Shown: one piece after another, positions 51,154 to 64,000 of the stretch
Position numbering within the stretch: the stretch's first letter is position 1
Layout of the letters: every line of letters starts with the position of its first letter
Source of the DNA: Monosiga brevicollis MX1
Lineage: Eukaryota
Assembly (NCBI RefSeq): GCF_000002865.3
Contig: NW_001865042.1
Coordinates: 906,914 to 970,913 of the forward strand
Direction: 5' to 3'
DNA length: 64,000 nucleotides
Position numbers and translations under genes: made by a program
Notes under the pieces: generated by a model
Seen by the model: the letters and a program-made list of their open reading frames with translations, nothing else
What the model was told of the DNA's origin: nothing
Databases searched by the model: none

Positions 51154-53300
51154 TCACCAATCATTCACCACGTGCTTGGGGTTGACCTTGCGAGGACCCG
51201 GATCCGCGCTTGCGGCGGCAAAATTTTGTACCGTAGAGCCAATGGCTTCGACCGTCAGTGGGCGCTCCTCCGGCGTGCCCTCGGTGGCTCGCAATCGCAG
51301 CTCGTGCGCCTTCTTACCGATGGCGAGCTTGGGCATGCCCTTGTTGAGTCCCTCAAGCAGGGGGGGGGGACGGCACGCCCAGCCACACCATTCCGCGATC
51401 AGTTGGATGAACAAGCCAAGAAAAAGAAAAAGATGAAGAAGACGTAGTGTGCCACAGGACAGGGATGCATGTAGAGCAAGAAAAAATAAATCAACAGCCG
51501 CAGCAAAGCCACCACCCACAACGACAACCAGGGAATAGGCCACAGCGCCAGCATCGACAAGCGCGAGTGCGCACAAGTGACGCAATGCACAGAAACCTTT
51601 GTTGCGAGCTGATATACCTACCCTTGATGGCCGTAGACACGGTATCCTTGACAGCCATGGCTTCACCGCTGCGAATGATATCGATGATGGCGCTCGGCCG
51701 AATCTTCTCCAAGTCCTTGAGCAGCACGCGCGCATGCCCCCTGAAACATGCGATGAGCAGATGAGCTGCACCGCAGCCCCACGCTCCACAACTACCCCCC
51801 AATTTCCCTCCTTCCATGAGAAAACTCATGTGAAGCGTGAAGTAGCCCCGTGGGATATGACCGCCTGACAATTGGCCCACCCCGCGTCCCTAAATATCTC
51901 AAGCATCCCCAGCGCCTTGCGGCACTCCGTACCGATAGGCGTTGGGCGCGTAGATGCATTCCGTCGAGAAATAATCCAACTTTTTGAAGTACGCATACAT
52001 GACAATCTCTTTCTCATAGGTGTATTTGAACGGCTTGGAGCGAGGCAAATCGCCGTCGTCGCCCGTCACAATCTCTGAGGCCGTATCGAAGCATGTTAAT
52101 GAGAAAGCCAAAAAAGACAAAACAGGAAAAAAAAAGTATCGAGCCCACTTGGTCAGCAGCAGGTTTAACGCGGCATCGCCTCACCCGTGCAGCGTTGTAG
52201 GCGTGCAATGTCTCCTCGCAAGATGTTCATGAGCACCGTCTCGGCCACATCATCGGCATTGTGCCCAGTCACCACCTTGTTGACCTGCTCGGACATGGTC
52301 AGCGCCAGGTGAGAGGGTAGACCGTCCCGACTCGGCATCCCTGGTCTTCGCGACCCAGGGTCTGAATCGACTGGAGCAATAGGAAAATTTTCTGTTTTGA
52401 TCCCATCCTGCTCTGCTCTTGCGCGAGGGTGGGGGCAAACCTTGAGCAAGTGCGCCCCGCGATCGAGAGCTTGTCGGCGAAATACGCCACAAAATGTGCA
52501 GTTACTCTTGCGTCCCACGGCCGCGACGATTTCGTCCATCGTCCAACCGTACAACTCCTGCACAACATCAGTCAAGAGTCCCCCACGGTTGGAATGCTGG
52601 CGAGTGAGCTGTCTGCGCTTGTGTGGAATGTGTCACGTCTAGCCAGGTTTAAGTTCACACGCACCTTGTAGGAGACAATGGTGAGGGGCAATGCATATTG
52701 CTGTTGGTTGCGCTTGACTGTTTCAAGTGAATCGTCACGATAGCCCGAGATGCCTTCATCAACAGAGAGCAGAACCAGCTGTAGACCATAGTCATGACGC
52801 TCGTTCAAGGTCTTGAGGACATAGGCCAGCACTGTCGAATCTTTGCCGCCTGATGCACCAATGGCGACCACATCCCCTCGCTCGAATAGAGCGTTGCGTA
52901 CGATTGTCTCATGGACCTAAGCAAACCGCACGCAACAAAGCCTGAGTCAAGCCGGCTTTCTGACCAAGCCTGCCGGGCCCTATGCGAGCGCCATTTTGTC
53001 AGGCCAAAGGTGGCAGCATACCTCCTCCTCGAAAGCCAGATAGAAACACTCTCGGCACACGGCTTCTCCCTGCAACATCACAGCCACAACACCAACAGCC
53101 ACATAAAACCACATCAATGGAATGTAGCATAGGGGTGCGCGGGCTGGTGAGCGAGCACCGCAAAGAATCCGGGTGGAAGCGGGGCGGGGGTGAAGCAGGT
53201 GTGCAGCGCCCTTGCACCACGTGACCCAGTTACGCACCGTTTTGGGCCGTTTCAGAGCGGCAGAGTGCTCGGCACACCGCTGGCAAGGTCGCGCAGGCAT
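51154..53300 (-). CDS. CTU1: Cytoplasmic tRNA 2-thiolation protein 1 (Ncs6), multi-exon; last splice junction not resolvable
   Basis: [99 protein letters not shown]. Confidence 0.95.
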
Positions 53301-53529
53301 GTTCGCCCTTTTACGGCCACCAGTAAAAAGGCGGGGGGTGACTCCTTGTTTCAAACGCTTCCCCAATGTCGCCGAGCTGCGAGTCGATCGTCGGATGGCA
53401 CCGAGCGAGCGTACTCCGCGTCGTCCGCGCCACCAGCAGCACAAAACATCTGACAAATACGACAGCATGAGCTACCAACTGTCATTATCAGCGTGGGAAG
53501 TGTTGTTGTACCGCTTGAGACGAACAAAG

Positions 53530-53630
<101 letters not shown>

Positions 53631-53947
53631 TTTTTTTTTTTTTGAATGCCTTTGGCTCGTTGAGTGCTGCCAGCGGCGGGGGCACTGTGAGCAGGAGGAG
53701 CGGTATGTATGTAGTAGCATTACGGCTCGGTGCGAGGTGGTTGCTGTGGCCGTGCATTGGGGTGATGGAGACAGCGGGGTAGAGTGGCAGGGTCATTGGT
53801 GGAGACGCACTGTCTGAAGGCCATGGCCATCTCAACCGAAAAATAAACGTTGTGGGACATGTAGAGGTTTGAGTTACTGTTTGGACGGCCTGCAGGCGCG
53901 TCGCGGACTGTCGCTCATATAGGCGCATGCAGGCATCGCCCGGCGAG

Positions 53948-56900
53948 ATGGATGAGGATTTTGTCAAGCAGTCGCTTGGTCTCAGCGATGAGCAGCTGCA
54001 GACATACCTGGGCGAAGATTTGACACGCACCTTGCTCGAGCGTGTGGCTGATCACCTCAAGGGCCAGGCCGACAAGCAGGCCGAGCTTAAGCACGTCTTG
54101 GCTGAGCAAGAGGCAACCGTCTTGAACTGGGGTACGGCTCTGTTTCCTTCATGAGCGACGAGCAGCGTGTTTAGCTGACACGTCACCCACATCCGACCCA
54201 CCCACACAGAGCACCGGGCCAGTGACTTTGAAAAGCGCGTCAACGATGCCGAAGCGAAGGTCACGGCCAAGGCCCAGCACGCGAGTGATTTGGATACCGC
54301 TCTCAAATCAACTGGTACTTTGCGAGAACGCCCGTAATTCTGCTCTTGCCTTTGTACCCGCTATTGGTCTCAGCGTTGAGGACGGCCAGTTGATCGTGCA
54401 AGTCACCCCTCATGGCGACGCTCGTCTTGGCAGAGAAAAAGCTTGAGGAGAAAGAGAGAGCCCTGAATGCGGTGGAGAACCAGCTGGTGTCCAAGGAGAG
54501 CGAGCTTGCTAGTGTCAAGGTTAGACCCTGGCATCTACTCTTTTGATCATTGCCGGAGAGCGCTGGATGCTTTGGTCTTCCTTCACCCATGGCTGACGAA
54601 CGCAGGCGTCAGAGCATCAGCTGAAAATTCAAGTCGGAACTCAGAGTGAAGCCCTGGCTCAAAAGCAGTTGCAATTGGACCGCAGCACGGGTAAGCCGCC
54701 CCGTTCTGCTTCGCCACCCCGTCCCCGCCATCTCACTTCAGACTCGATCCCCTTACCGCGGGGGTGATCAAACAAACTGCGCTATACACGCGCAGAGGAA
54801 ATTCAAAAATTATACGATGAACTCCACCGCGTGCGCCAGGAGATGGTATGTTTCTTCCCTTGTGCGCTCATGTGAAGACTTGCGCAGGCATGTCGCTCAA
54901 GTGTCCCCCCCCCCCCCCCCGTGTCTAACGTGTGCATGATGAATGCGGTTCTGGCAGAATGAGGCTGTGGCCAAGGGCGAGCGTGCCAGCCTCGATGCGT
55001 CCCGGCAAAAGGTAAGGGCCTCCGTTTTCTGTTGCTATTTCTATTTCTATTTCTATTTCTATTTCTATTTCTATGTGTTGGTGTGATTTTTTAATTTTCA
55101 ATTTTTTTGTCTCACTTCCAAACACAACCTACAATCCAACCCCCCATTCGGTGTGGCTTACAGCACCTGGCTGAGCGCTATCAGCACGAGGCGGCCTTGA
55201 CAAGCGAACAACTAGAGCAACTGAAGAAGGACCTGGCCTCACTCAATGAGCAAGCGCGCAATGAGCACAAGGAGTTGAATGCCCGTATGGCTGAACTGCG
55301 CCGCCAAAATACCCAGGCACAGGATGATCTGACTTCGGCACAATCGCAGCTGGATCTCTATCGTGGCACCAGTGAGGGTCTGAAAACTCAAGTTCAGAGT
55401 CTGCAGGCTCAGCTTGAGGAAGCCCACAATGAGCGCCTGCAGAGTGAGCAGCATTATCGCACAGAGATTATCAACAAAGACAAGCTGGCTGGTTTGTACA
55501 AGTCGGCCCTGGATGAAACGGAGGGCCGCGTTGACGAGCTCAAGCGCGTCGTCGAGCACCTTCGCACGGCTCTGGCCACCGCACAGAAGGAAGTTGAAGA
55601 GGCACGGCTCCAGAATCGCCACGAGCTTGAGGATCTTCGTCAAACCTTGGCCACGGTCGAGAGTGACAAAAAGGCCCTCAAGGCTGAGTTGGTCAACGCA
55701 CAGGACCTCATCAGCAAGACGCAAGACCTCACAATGGGCGCCACCGCCCAGGTGTCTGCCTCTGCCGCCACAACGGCTGCCATCATGAAAGAGGGCATGT
55801 CTCTCACGGAGATGTGGACCGAGCTTCTCAACACCCGCAAGGCCCTGCTCCTGGAGCGCCAAGAGGTCGAGCGCCTCGAAGAGCTGCTCAACTCTATTGT
55901 CCAAGACGTAGAACGTCAGGCTCCGATTTTCCAGCAGCAACGCGCTGATCTCAGAGCCGCCGAATCTGCGCGCGATCAGCTTGCCAAGACCCTCGAGGAG
56001 GCCACCGCGGCCTACTCGCGTCTCGAGTCCACGTGGCGCGCAGATGCGGCACGTGCAAGTCGTGCCGAAAGCTCGTCTCGGGTGCTACAGGAGCAGGTTC
56101 AGCACCTGAACAAACAAGTCCAGCTTCTCTTGCGTGAAAATGCACAGCTGCAGGGTGGTCTGGGTGCCAGCGATAGCACGGATATGGACGCTGCGGCTCA
56201 CGAATCGCGGGCCATGGAGCTCTTCAGCTCCATCGAAGAGCTCCAGACGCAGAACAGCACGCTCAAGAAGCGTGTGCTTGAGCTTGAAACGCAACGGGAA
56301 CAGGAACATCAACAGGTTGAGGAGCAAACGCGCCAAGCCATGGAGGCTGACCTGCAGGCGGTAGCCGAGCAGCTGTCGGCTCTCAAGGCCCAGCGTCAGA
56401 ACCAAGAACGCCTCTTCCAGGCCGTTGTGAAGCAACGCGACATGTTCAAGGCTCTGTATTCCCAGGTGTGTGCTGCCAATGGCCATGATCCACACTCGGC
56501 CATCGACGTGGTCATGCAGACGGGTGCCACTGCGCCCAGTGATAGCACTGGTTCCGACGCCACCTCTACCACACCAACCAAGGCGGATGCAAATGCTGCC
56601 GCGGGAGCGCTGCCCGCCAGTGTCGTTATGGCCGCCGCTGGCAGCAATCAGGCGGATGCAGAGGCATTGCGTGACTTGCAGAAGTCCTTTACGGATTATC
56701 GCCGCGAGAAGGGTGAGAATGACAAAATGTTGCGTGAGGAGATGGAGCAGCTCCGTCAAGTGGCCGAGGACGCTCGCATGGAGCGCAGTCGTGCCGATAT
56801 CAAACTCGACCATGCGCAGCAACAGCTCAAGTACCTGCAAGCCTCTCTCGACACGATGCGCAAGGAGGCGGAAGCACACCAACAACGCCTGGGCCAGCTC

Positions 56901-59900
56901 AATGCTCAGCTTGCGGCGAGCGAGCGGCAGGTTGGGGACACGCAGGAGCAGCTTGAGGCTGCCCGTCGCGAGCTCAGCCTGACTCAAGTGCAACTGAGTC
57001 ACGCCAAGGAGAGCAAGGCGTTGCTGGAGGCACGTGAAAAGACGCTGCAGCAGGAGAATGACTCGCTCATGTCTGAGCGACAAAACCAACAACAACTTAA
57101 CATTAGCCTGCAAGCATTGCAAGCCGAGATGAAGCGGGCCGAGGGGGACATGCGTACCCGTCTCAGCTCCCAGATTGAGGCCCTGCAGAAGGAAACCCAA
57201 CTGGCGCGCAACCGTTTGGAGGAACATCAAAAAATCAGTAAGACCGCCGAGGTCGCACACCAAAAGCAGCTCGATGCCGTGCGCCGCGAGCTGGAAGAGC
57301 AGCGAGAGCAGCATCATGGCACGCGGGAGCAACTCGCTTCAGCCTCAGCTCGCGCCGAAGGTGCCGAGAAGCAGGTGGAGAGCCTGAAAGCGCAACTTCA
57401 GAGCGCAGAGAACCGCCTGACGCTTCTTCTACGTAATCAGGGCGAAGTTGCCACCGAAGGTATGCTTTGCAATTTCCAAGCCTGCAGAAAGAGCCACCAA
57501 TGGTACACACACCATTCAGTAGGATAAACAAAGATATCAGATTGCAGGGAGAAAGCAAAAACAAAAACAAAAACGTGCACATGCGGGGCACGAAGCTGAG
57601 GAGAGGCGCGTGTGCCGACATCAGTTTGGCTTGACCTTTTTGCGTGCCGCCTTTGTCTGTTTGTTATGCACACACCGACGGCATCTCATGATACTTGTGC
57701 GTGCGCTGCCAACGCTTGCATCAACACAGGCTCGACCGGACGTGATGGCAGCACCAGCGGTAGCGGCGACCAGCTGGCCAATGCTCTGGCTCAAGTGAAG
57801 CAGCTACAATCAGAGCTCAAGATTGCGCAGGATTCTGTCGTGCAGTACAAATCGATTGCCAAGGCATCAGAGGATGCCCTCGCAAGCCTGCAAAAGGGCA
57901 TGGACGAAGCCAAGAGCGCTTCGGCACAGCGTGAGGCTCGTTATCAAGACGAGCAAGCTCAAATCAAGTCCGAGGTGCGCTGCGCGTCGCATCACATTGT
58001 ATTCGCCCTGACCCGTCTCCGGGCCTGCCACAGGGCCAGGACAACAAGCTCCTACACTCCTCGCAGAAGCGCATGACTCAGGATGTGCCGCGTTCTTGTA
58101 CTCTTGTAGCTGGAGGCAGCGCAGGCCACCAACCAGGGCCTCATGGCGCAACTGAAGCAGGTCGAGGAAGAACTAGCTAATTATCGTGCGGAGGCCATCA
58201 ACAAGGTAGGCCCTGCGCACAACTTCTTTGTCATTCGCCTTCCAATTTCGTTTTCTTGCTTTCCTCCCCGCTCCTTCGTCGCGCTTGGATTGCCTTGCGC
58301 CCAGCATGAACATCGCCAAAAGCCAAGCATAGCACTGATGGCGGTGACCTTGTTCGGCCGCGTTTCGCTGTTGTAGCTGAGCAATGCGGAGCAGGAGCTA
58401 GTGCTTGCACGGAAAAACTTGCAGGATGCCAAGGAGCAACAAGAGGCCGCCGAGGAGCTCTGCCGCAAGCAGGTTGAGCTGGCGCAACAGCACTCATCGA
58501 GCTACGAGCATGAAATGCTTCAACATGCCGAAAAGATCAAGGAGAATCAGGCACTCAAGGCCGAGCTAAGCGCCCTCAAGGCTCAGGTCAGTCGCTCGCA
58601 TATCCTCCTGCGTTGCCGCCACAACATCTCGCGCCTTTGCAGGCCTTTGGTTCAGGATTGCTGGGCGAGCCAGGCCGCAATCCGTGTGGTGTGCTGCAGA
58701 AGACCGTAGATGCTGACGAATGTTGGCTTTTCTGTTAGATTGACGAGGCGCGTACAGAGCGCGACAGCATTAAGGCCAAGTTGGAGGGCGCAGAGCATGC
58801 TTGGGCCCAAGAGAAGCGATTGCTGGCTGAGGATAAGGAACGCATCAGCAAGCGCCAAGCTGATTTGGACAATCAGAACAAGCTCTTGCACGAGCACCTC
58901 CAGCAAACTACCGGCAAGCTGCGTGCCCTGCAGCAAGAGGCCCTGCCGACCGCAGCTACTGAGGTTTGTGAGGTGGCTTCGCAGGGCTTGTGGCTCTTTT
59001 TTTCTTTTGGGCTGGACATCCTCAGCTCGGTGGTCGTTCTCATGGCTTGCTGCCACTCGTGTAGTTGATTGATGCGAGTGCATCGGAAAGCGACGGCTCT
59101 TTGCTTGAGGTTGTCAAGTATCAGCATGCTCAGGTTGAGATTGCTCAGGCTGAATGCGAGCAAGCCAAGCTCGAGAGCCGGCGTTTGCAGCAGCGGTTGG
59201 ATCACGTTTCTCGCCAGCTGACCGATACGCGCAATCTTTTGGAAAAGGAGCGTGAGCGCTCCTCAATGACGGCTGAGACCGTTGCCAAACACCACGAGCT
59301 CATGGGTAAGGTGAAGCAGGTGTCGTTGCTCGAGGATAGTAACCAGCTGCTACGCACGCAATTTGACGAGGCGCAAACCAAAATCAAGGACCTGGAGGTG
59401 TCCTTGAAGGTTGCCAAGGACCAACTCGAACCTCTCAAGGCCAACAACACTGAACTCAGCCAACGCAACAGCACTCTGGTGACCGATAAGACCTCTCTAC
59501 AAAATGAAGTCACGCGCTGGCGTCAACGCGCACAGCAACTGATGGATCTCTACGGGAATGTCGACTTGGACGAGCTGAACCGTCTCCGGGAGGAGCGCGA
59601 GCAGTGGGAGTCAGCCAAGGAACTGCTGGGCAGCGAAGTCCAGGAGCACCAAGAGACCGTACGTGCGGGCTTGGGCCAATTCGATATTGCTTCCCTTGCT
59701 TGTGTGTTTATTTTGTTCTCTTCTCTCTCCTTTCCTTTGGTACCGGGTGGTCCTTGATGGCTCTCACCCCTGCCGATTTCTGGCCGCTGCCGTGCCTTGG
59801 TCTTGTAGTTGAAAAAGTCTCAAGCCGAAGCCAAGAAGGTGCAGGCCGAGTTGGCCAAGGTTCAGCAGGAACTGCAAACGGCTCAAAGTGAGATGGCGAC

Positions 59901-62152
59901 CTTGCGCACCAAGAACCAGGAGCACGTGACGGCTCGCTCGAAGCTAGCCAGCATTGGACGCAATTTGCGCGCCGAAAACGAAAAGCTCAAATCGGTCTGT
60001 ATTCTGGCTTGGTGGGGCAAGTCCCCCTCTTTTTGCGCTTTGCGCGCCCCGATCAGGCGCTTCGGAGCGCTCCTGCTCCTCACTGGGTCTGTCTATGCTT
60101 ATTCGTATTTGCACAGGGCCAGGCCACGGCTGATCCGGCAGAGGTTTCTGCCTTGCAAAAGAAGCTGGATGAGGCAACAGCCAAGATCGCTGAACTCACC
60201 AGCGCCAACGAATCTCTGACCTTGGAGGTTCAAAGGCTCAAGGGACAAATTGACAAGTTCAAAAGCTTCCTCACCAAGAGCAAAGAACGTTATCAACAGG
60301 CAGAGAAGAACAGCACTTCTCTCACAGAGCAGATGACTAAACTCCGCTCGGAGCTGGCCGACAAGGACAAGATCATTGCCGAGAAGACCCAGGCGCACAC
60401 GTATGTTTCATGAGGCTTTGTGGGGCCAACGTTGGGCGCGTGCATGTGTTTGAGGAATAAGTATGGTGGGATCAAGGGGCCCAGGAAAGCGTGGTGTCTC
60501 ATTTATGAATGTGGGTTGCAGGAAGCTGCGAGAGCAGTTGCTCAAGTTGCGACAGACAACGGCAAAGCGCGCGTCTACCACGCCGGCCAGTACTCCAACA
60601 TCGACTGCTTCGCCAGCTGTCACAGGCAGTAAGCGGGCCTCCACCGCCGGAGCACCGCCACGCGTCGAGCTGGCATCGACCCCCAAGACTCCAGTTGCAT
60701 CGGAAGGTCTCAAACGTGCCTCTGCGCTCTCTGAGACAGAGACGGGCTCGCCTCAGTCCAAGCGTGGGAAGGCCATGACTGTGGCTTCCGATCAAACTGC
60801 CGAGCAAACTGCGAGCACCCTCTCTGCTCCTGAGAGCGCACCCAAGGCCGGTGGTACACCTTCCGACGCCGCAGCTGCTGTGCAGCCAGCGGCAGCAGCG
60901 ACGGCGCCGACAGACACAGCCCCACCAGCGGTAACTGCCATGGATGCTGCTGCCGATGTTGAGGGTGAGATTGACGGTGGCGGCGAGGTTGAAGCCGGGG
61001 CCGAGGCTGAGGCTGAGGCTGAGCCAGAGGCCGAGGCTGAAACGGATGTAACCCAGGAACCTGCTGAGAACGCAGCTTCTGTTGGGACCGAAAACGTGCC
61101 TCAGAGCAAAGACCAGACCACTGCCGAGTCAATGGAACCGAAGGACGCCGAGGACGAGACCGATGCTCAACATGTTGCAGACGATGAGACCATTGAGACA
61201 GGTGCTGACGAACTTGCCGGCGAAGCTGAAGGCGAGGCCGATGCCGAGACCGAGGCTTCCGACGCTGCCATGGGCGTGACCACCGCGGGGACCGACGCCG
61301 ATGAGGCTATTCATGTCGGTGAAGAGGTTGACCAGCCAGACGCGGGAGCTGAAGCCGAGGCGGATCTGGAAGGAGCTGCGGAGGTTGATGCCGAGGCGGA
61401 GCCCGATGCGGGTGCTGATTCAGTCGTGGAGGCAGACATTCAGGTTGAGCAGGAGGCTGACCCTGAAACCGTGGCAGAGGGTGATGCCGACGCTGATGAA
61501 GAGGCTTTGACGACGGACGCAGCCCAAGACCCAAGCGAGTTTCGTCTGGAGGAAGCGGGAGAAACGCAGGACGGTATGTTTGGTTCCGTGGACACGAGGC
61601 TGCTGATCGGTGAGGGCAGGTGCGGACACGGGCGCCCAATATCTGTTATCTGACATTGCTGTTGCCTTTCCCCGTGGTGTCTTTGTTTCAGGCTTTGAGG
61701 ACGAGGTTGGCGAGGAAGGCGAAATTGTGGATGAAGGCGAGGACGACGGCCAAGAGGACGACGACGCTGCTGGCGAGGACGACGAAGGCGAAGAGGAGCT
61801 GGGCATGGATGAGGATACTCTGGCAGGAGACCCCGAGCTTGAGGAGCCAGCTGTCGTGCCCGAGCCGACTGCGAGTGTACCCGAGCCGGCCACGGGTAGT
61901 GGAGCACAGCCTGCGGACAAGATGGCTGCCCTCAAGGCCAAACTAGCGGCTGCGCAGGCCCAACGCATGGCTGCGCAAGGTCAAGCTGAAGAAGCATCTT
62001 CGACTGCGGCCAAGCGCGCCAAGTCTGGCGAGGAAGCTCGACCTGCAATTACAAAGATCACCGCACCCACGCCTTCCACGGTATGCGCCATGTCCAAGTA
62101 GCTTTTTTGTTTTATTCCCTTTGCCAGTTTTTGAACAAGAGCATCATCTGTC

Positions 62153-62218
<66 letters not shown>

Positions 62219-62455
62219 GGATCCTTCCAGCCAAATTTGTGTTTGGAAACGGCCGAGAAGTGTGTGCGTTGTTGTAACTCATTATGCTTTTACTTTTTTT
62301 TTTTTTTTTCTCGACTATTGCAGCCTCCAGCGGCAGGTTCGACAGCAACAGCTGCTCAGGAGCGGGTGGCCACGCCAGCCGTTCGCGGTCGTGGTCGTGG
62401 GCGAGGTCGCACGAAACGAGGCCGCGGTCGTGGCCGCAAGCATGACAAAGAGTAG
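53948..62455 (+). CDS. TPR: Nucleoprotein TPR / Mlp1 (nuclear basket), multi-exon
   Basis: Long coiled coil with GMSLTEMWTEL..IVQDVERQAPIFQQQR, FSSIEELQTQN, VKQRDMFK, QYKSIAKASEDAL, YEHEMLQHAE, LLEDSNQLLR, NEVTRWRQRAQQL. Acidic C-terminal region and RG-rich end. Start 53948 or 53927. Confidence 0.9.
55035..55074. repeat. (CTATTT)n hexamer repeat in a TPR intron
   Basis: Seen directly. Confidence 0.9.
62157..62217. repeat. (TG)n microsatellite in the last TPR intron
   Basis: Seen directly. Confidence 0.95.
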
Positions 62456-62928
62456 CTCGGCTTTGGTTGGGGTCATGTTTGTCAGCATGCGAAAGCCATC
62501 GCGGGCTGGCCCGACCTCTTGTTGAGTCGCTACGAAAATTGAGAATTCAGAATGTGTCAATGGCAACCGATTGCTAATATTGCTACAGCTCTGTGTCTTG
62601 TGCGTCCTGATGTCTTCCTCACTTAGCACAGATGCAATGCCCTCGTCGGCGATGGAGATGAGGAGCGAGTGATTAAAAAAAATGGGGGGGAGTACTCTTT
62701 GTGATAAAAAAATACAATTGTCATGTCGGGGACTCGGACTGATCACAAGGCTGACAGAGGTCTGGGCAAGCGTGTGTGGTGACGGGGGGCTAGGGTGGGA
62801 GTGTAGGGCGAGGCAGCGATTCTCGCTTGCGCAAAGACAAACCCATCGGTGCAGCGCGTCAGCACTCGGCGATAATGCAGGCATGGGGTCAGGGGGGAAG
62901 GTATGGCGGCTTTGCTTGTAGCCTGTGT

Positions 62929-63423
62929 TCAAGGTGACGCGCGAGAGACTTCTTCACTAGCACTATCTGCCGCAGCCTTGCGCTCCAACTTGGATAGCTG
63001 GCGCACCTGTTCCAGGCAATGGGGGCAGAGGTGGTGTCGCAATTTGGGATTGCCGCACGCTGAGCAGCGTTGAATATGAAGTTTGTTGTCCAAATACTTG
63101 TGAGTCATGCGCATGCGCTTCTTTGAGTGGGTCGTACGGCGCTTGGGCACCGCCATGAGCACGAGGCCATCATCCTCGAAGATGGGGTCACCGAGGCGGT
63201 GTTCTCCATTGCTGGGCGCAAGGGTGAGGCCATCAAGAGCCAGGTTGAGGTTATCGGCGTGGCCTGAGGTGGGCGTCGTCCAGGTGCCGGGCATACGGCC
63301 GAGAGCCATGAGGGCAGCCAGGCGCCAGCCCTCCAGGCCCCGACTGGTGCCTGCCGCCGCCGCCGCATTTACCGGGGACACGAGTGTCCGTGCGAGCGCG
63401 TTGACAAGTGCCTTGGCCGCCAT
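62929..63423 (-). CDS. MRPL32: Mitochondrial ribosomal protein bL32m, intronless
   Basis: Presequence-like MAAKALVNALARTL.. then LMAVPKRRTTHSKKRMR..CSACGNPKLRHHLCPHC. Confidence 0.93.
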   Translation of the reverse strand: MAAKALVNALARTLVSPVNAAAAAGTSRGLEGWRLAALMALGRMPGTWTTPTSGHADNLNLALDGLTLAPSNGEHRLGDPIFEDDGLVLMAVPKRRTTHSKKRMRMTHKYLDNKLHIQRCSACGNPKLRHHLCPHCLEQVRQLSKLERKAAADSASEEVSRASP

Positions 63424-63607
63424 GACAGCCTTTAATCCAAGCCTGCAGGAATCAGAAAAATATGCCGAAGAACGTGAGATCATCCACCCTGCCAAACTCC
63501 AAAGCCACAGGAAAGTAGCTCGCCACACTCAAGCTACATGAGGGGCGACACCCAGCCCAGCTCGTACCGTCTGTCTGCCTGCCCGACAACAAATAAAAGG
63601 TAAACGT

Positions 63608-63608
<1 letters not shown>

Positions 63609-63703
<95 letters not shown>

Positions 63704-63829
63704 TCTGTGGTCATGTGGGGCTGACAGCTGGTAATCTGTCATGTCAAAGAACAGGGGGTTTATAAATTTAAATTATACTATTTCACTGCTTTCGAGAACT
63801 GGACATCATGACCTTGATTACGCATGATG

Positions 63830-63871
<42 letters not shown>

Positions 63872-63925
63872 TTTGAGGGCTCCATGCAGGAGCAGCCGGT
63901 ATGTGTGTGTGTGTGTGTGTGTGTG
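63609..63925. repeat. (CT)n 63609-63699, (CA)n 63831-63869 and (TG)n 63903-63925 upstream of MRPL32
   Basis: Seen directly. Confidence 0.95.
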
Positions 63926-64000
63926 GCAGTGTCGTGATCGCCATTGCGGTTGGGCCGGTGTTAGGGCCGCAATAGAGGGGGGGGGGGGGGGGAAGAGAGG

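Noticed and set aside
56085..57332. 415-aa Leu-rich - strand ORF
   Set aside because: Antisense shadow of the TPR coiled-coil exon.

Overview
Gene-dense, intron-containing eukaryotic DNA with short GT-AG introns, many microsatellites and one 109-N gap. The style and the holozoan-type gene set suggest a choanoflagellate such as Monosiga (inference). About 19 protein-coding genes in order: rhophilin-like protein with two extra N-terminal SH3 domains (-), CWC25 (-), DBF4 (+), signal-peptide C2H2 membrane protein (-), WASHC4/SWIP (-), orphan (-), SNRK kinase (+), orphan type-I membrane protein (-), ABA4/DUF4281 (+), HemK (-), trypanosome-type single-domain PRMT7 (+), deoxyhypusine synthase (-), ABCC10 (+), two intronless paralogs of an unrecognised family (+,+), a four-exon RDEL-ending membrane protein (-), CTU1 (-), TPR (+) and MRPL32 (-). 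No tRNA, rRNA, CRISPR or clear transposon was seen. Highlights: all six head-to-head junctions carry a (GA)n tract and no other junction does, and several also share TTGTCAGA(C); the SH3-SH3-HR1-BRO1 architecture; the MQW-type PRMT7; the paralog pair; and CTU1 lacking both C-terminal CxxC motifs. Family calls come from remembered motifs, not database searches. Exon boundaries were read by eye.
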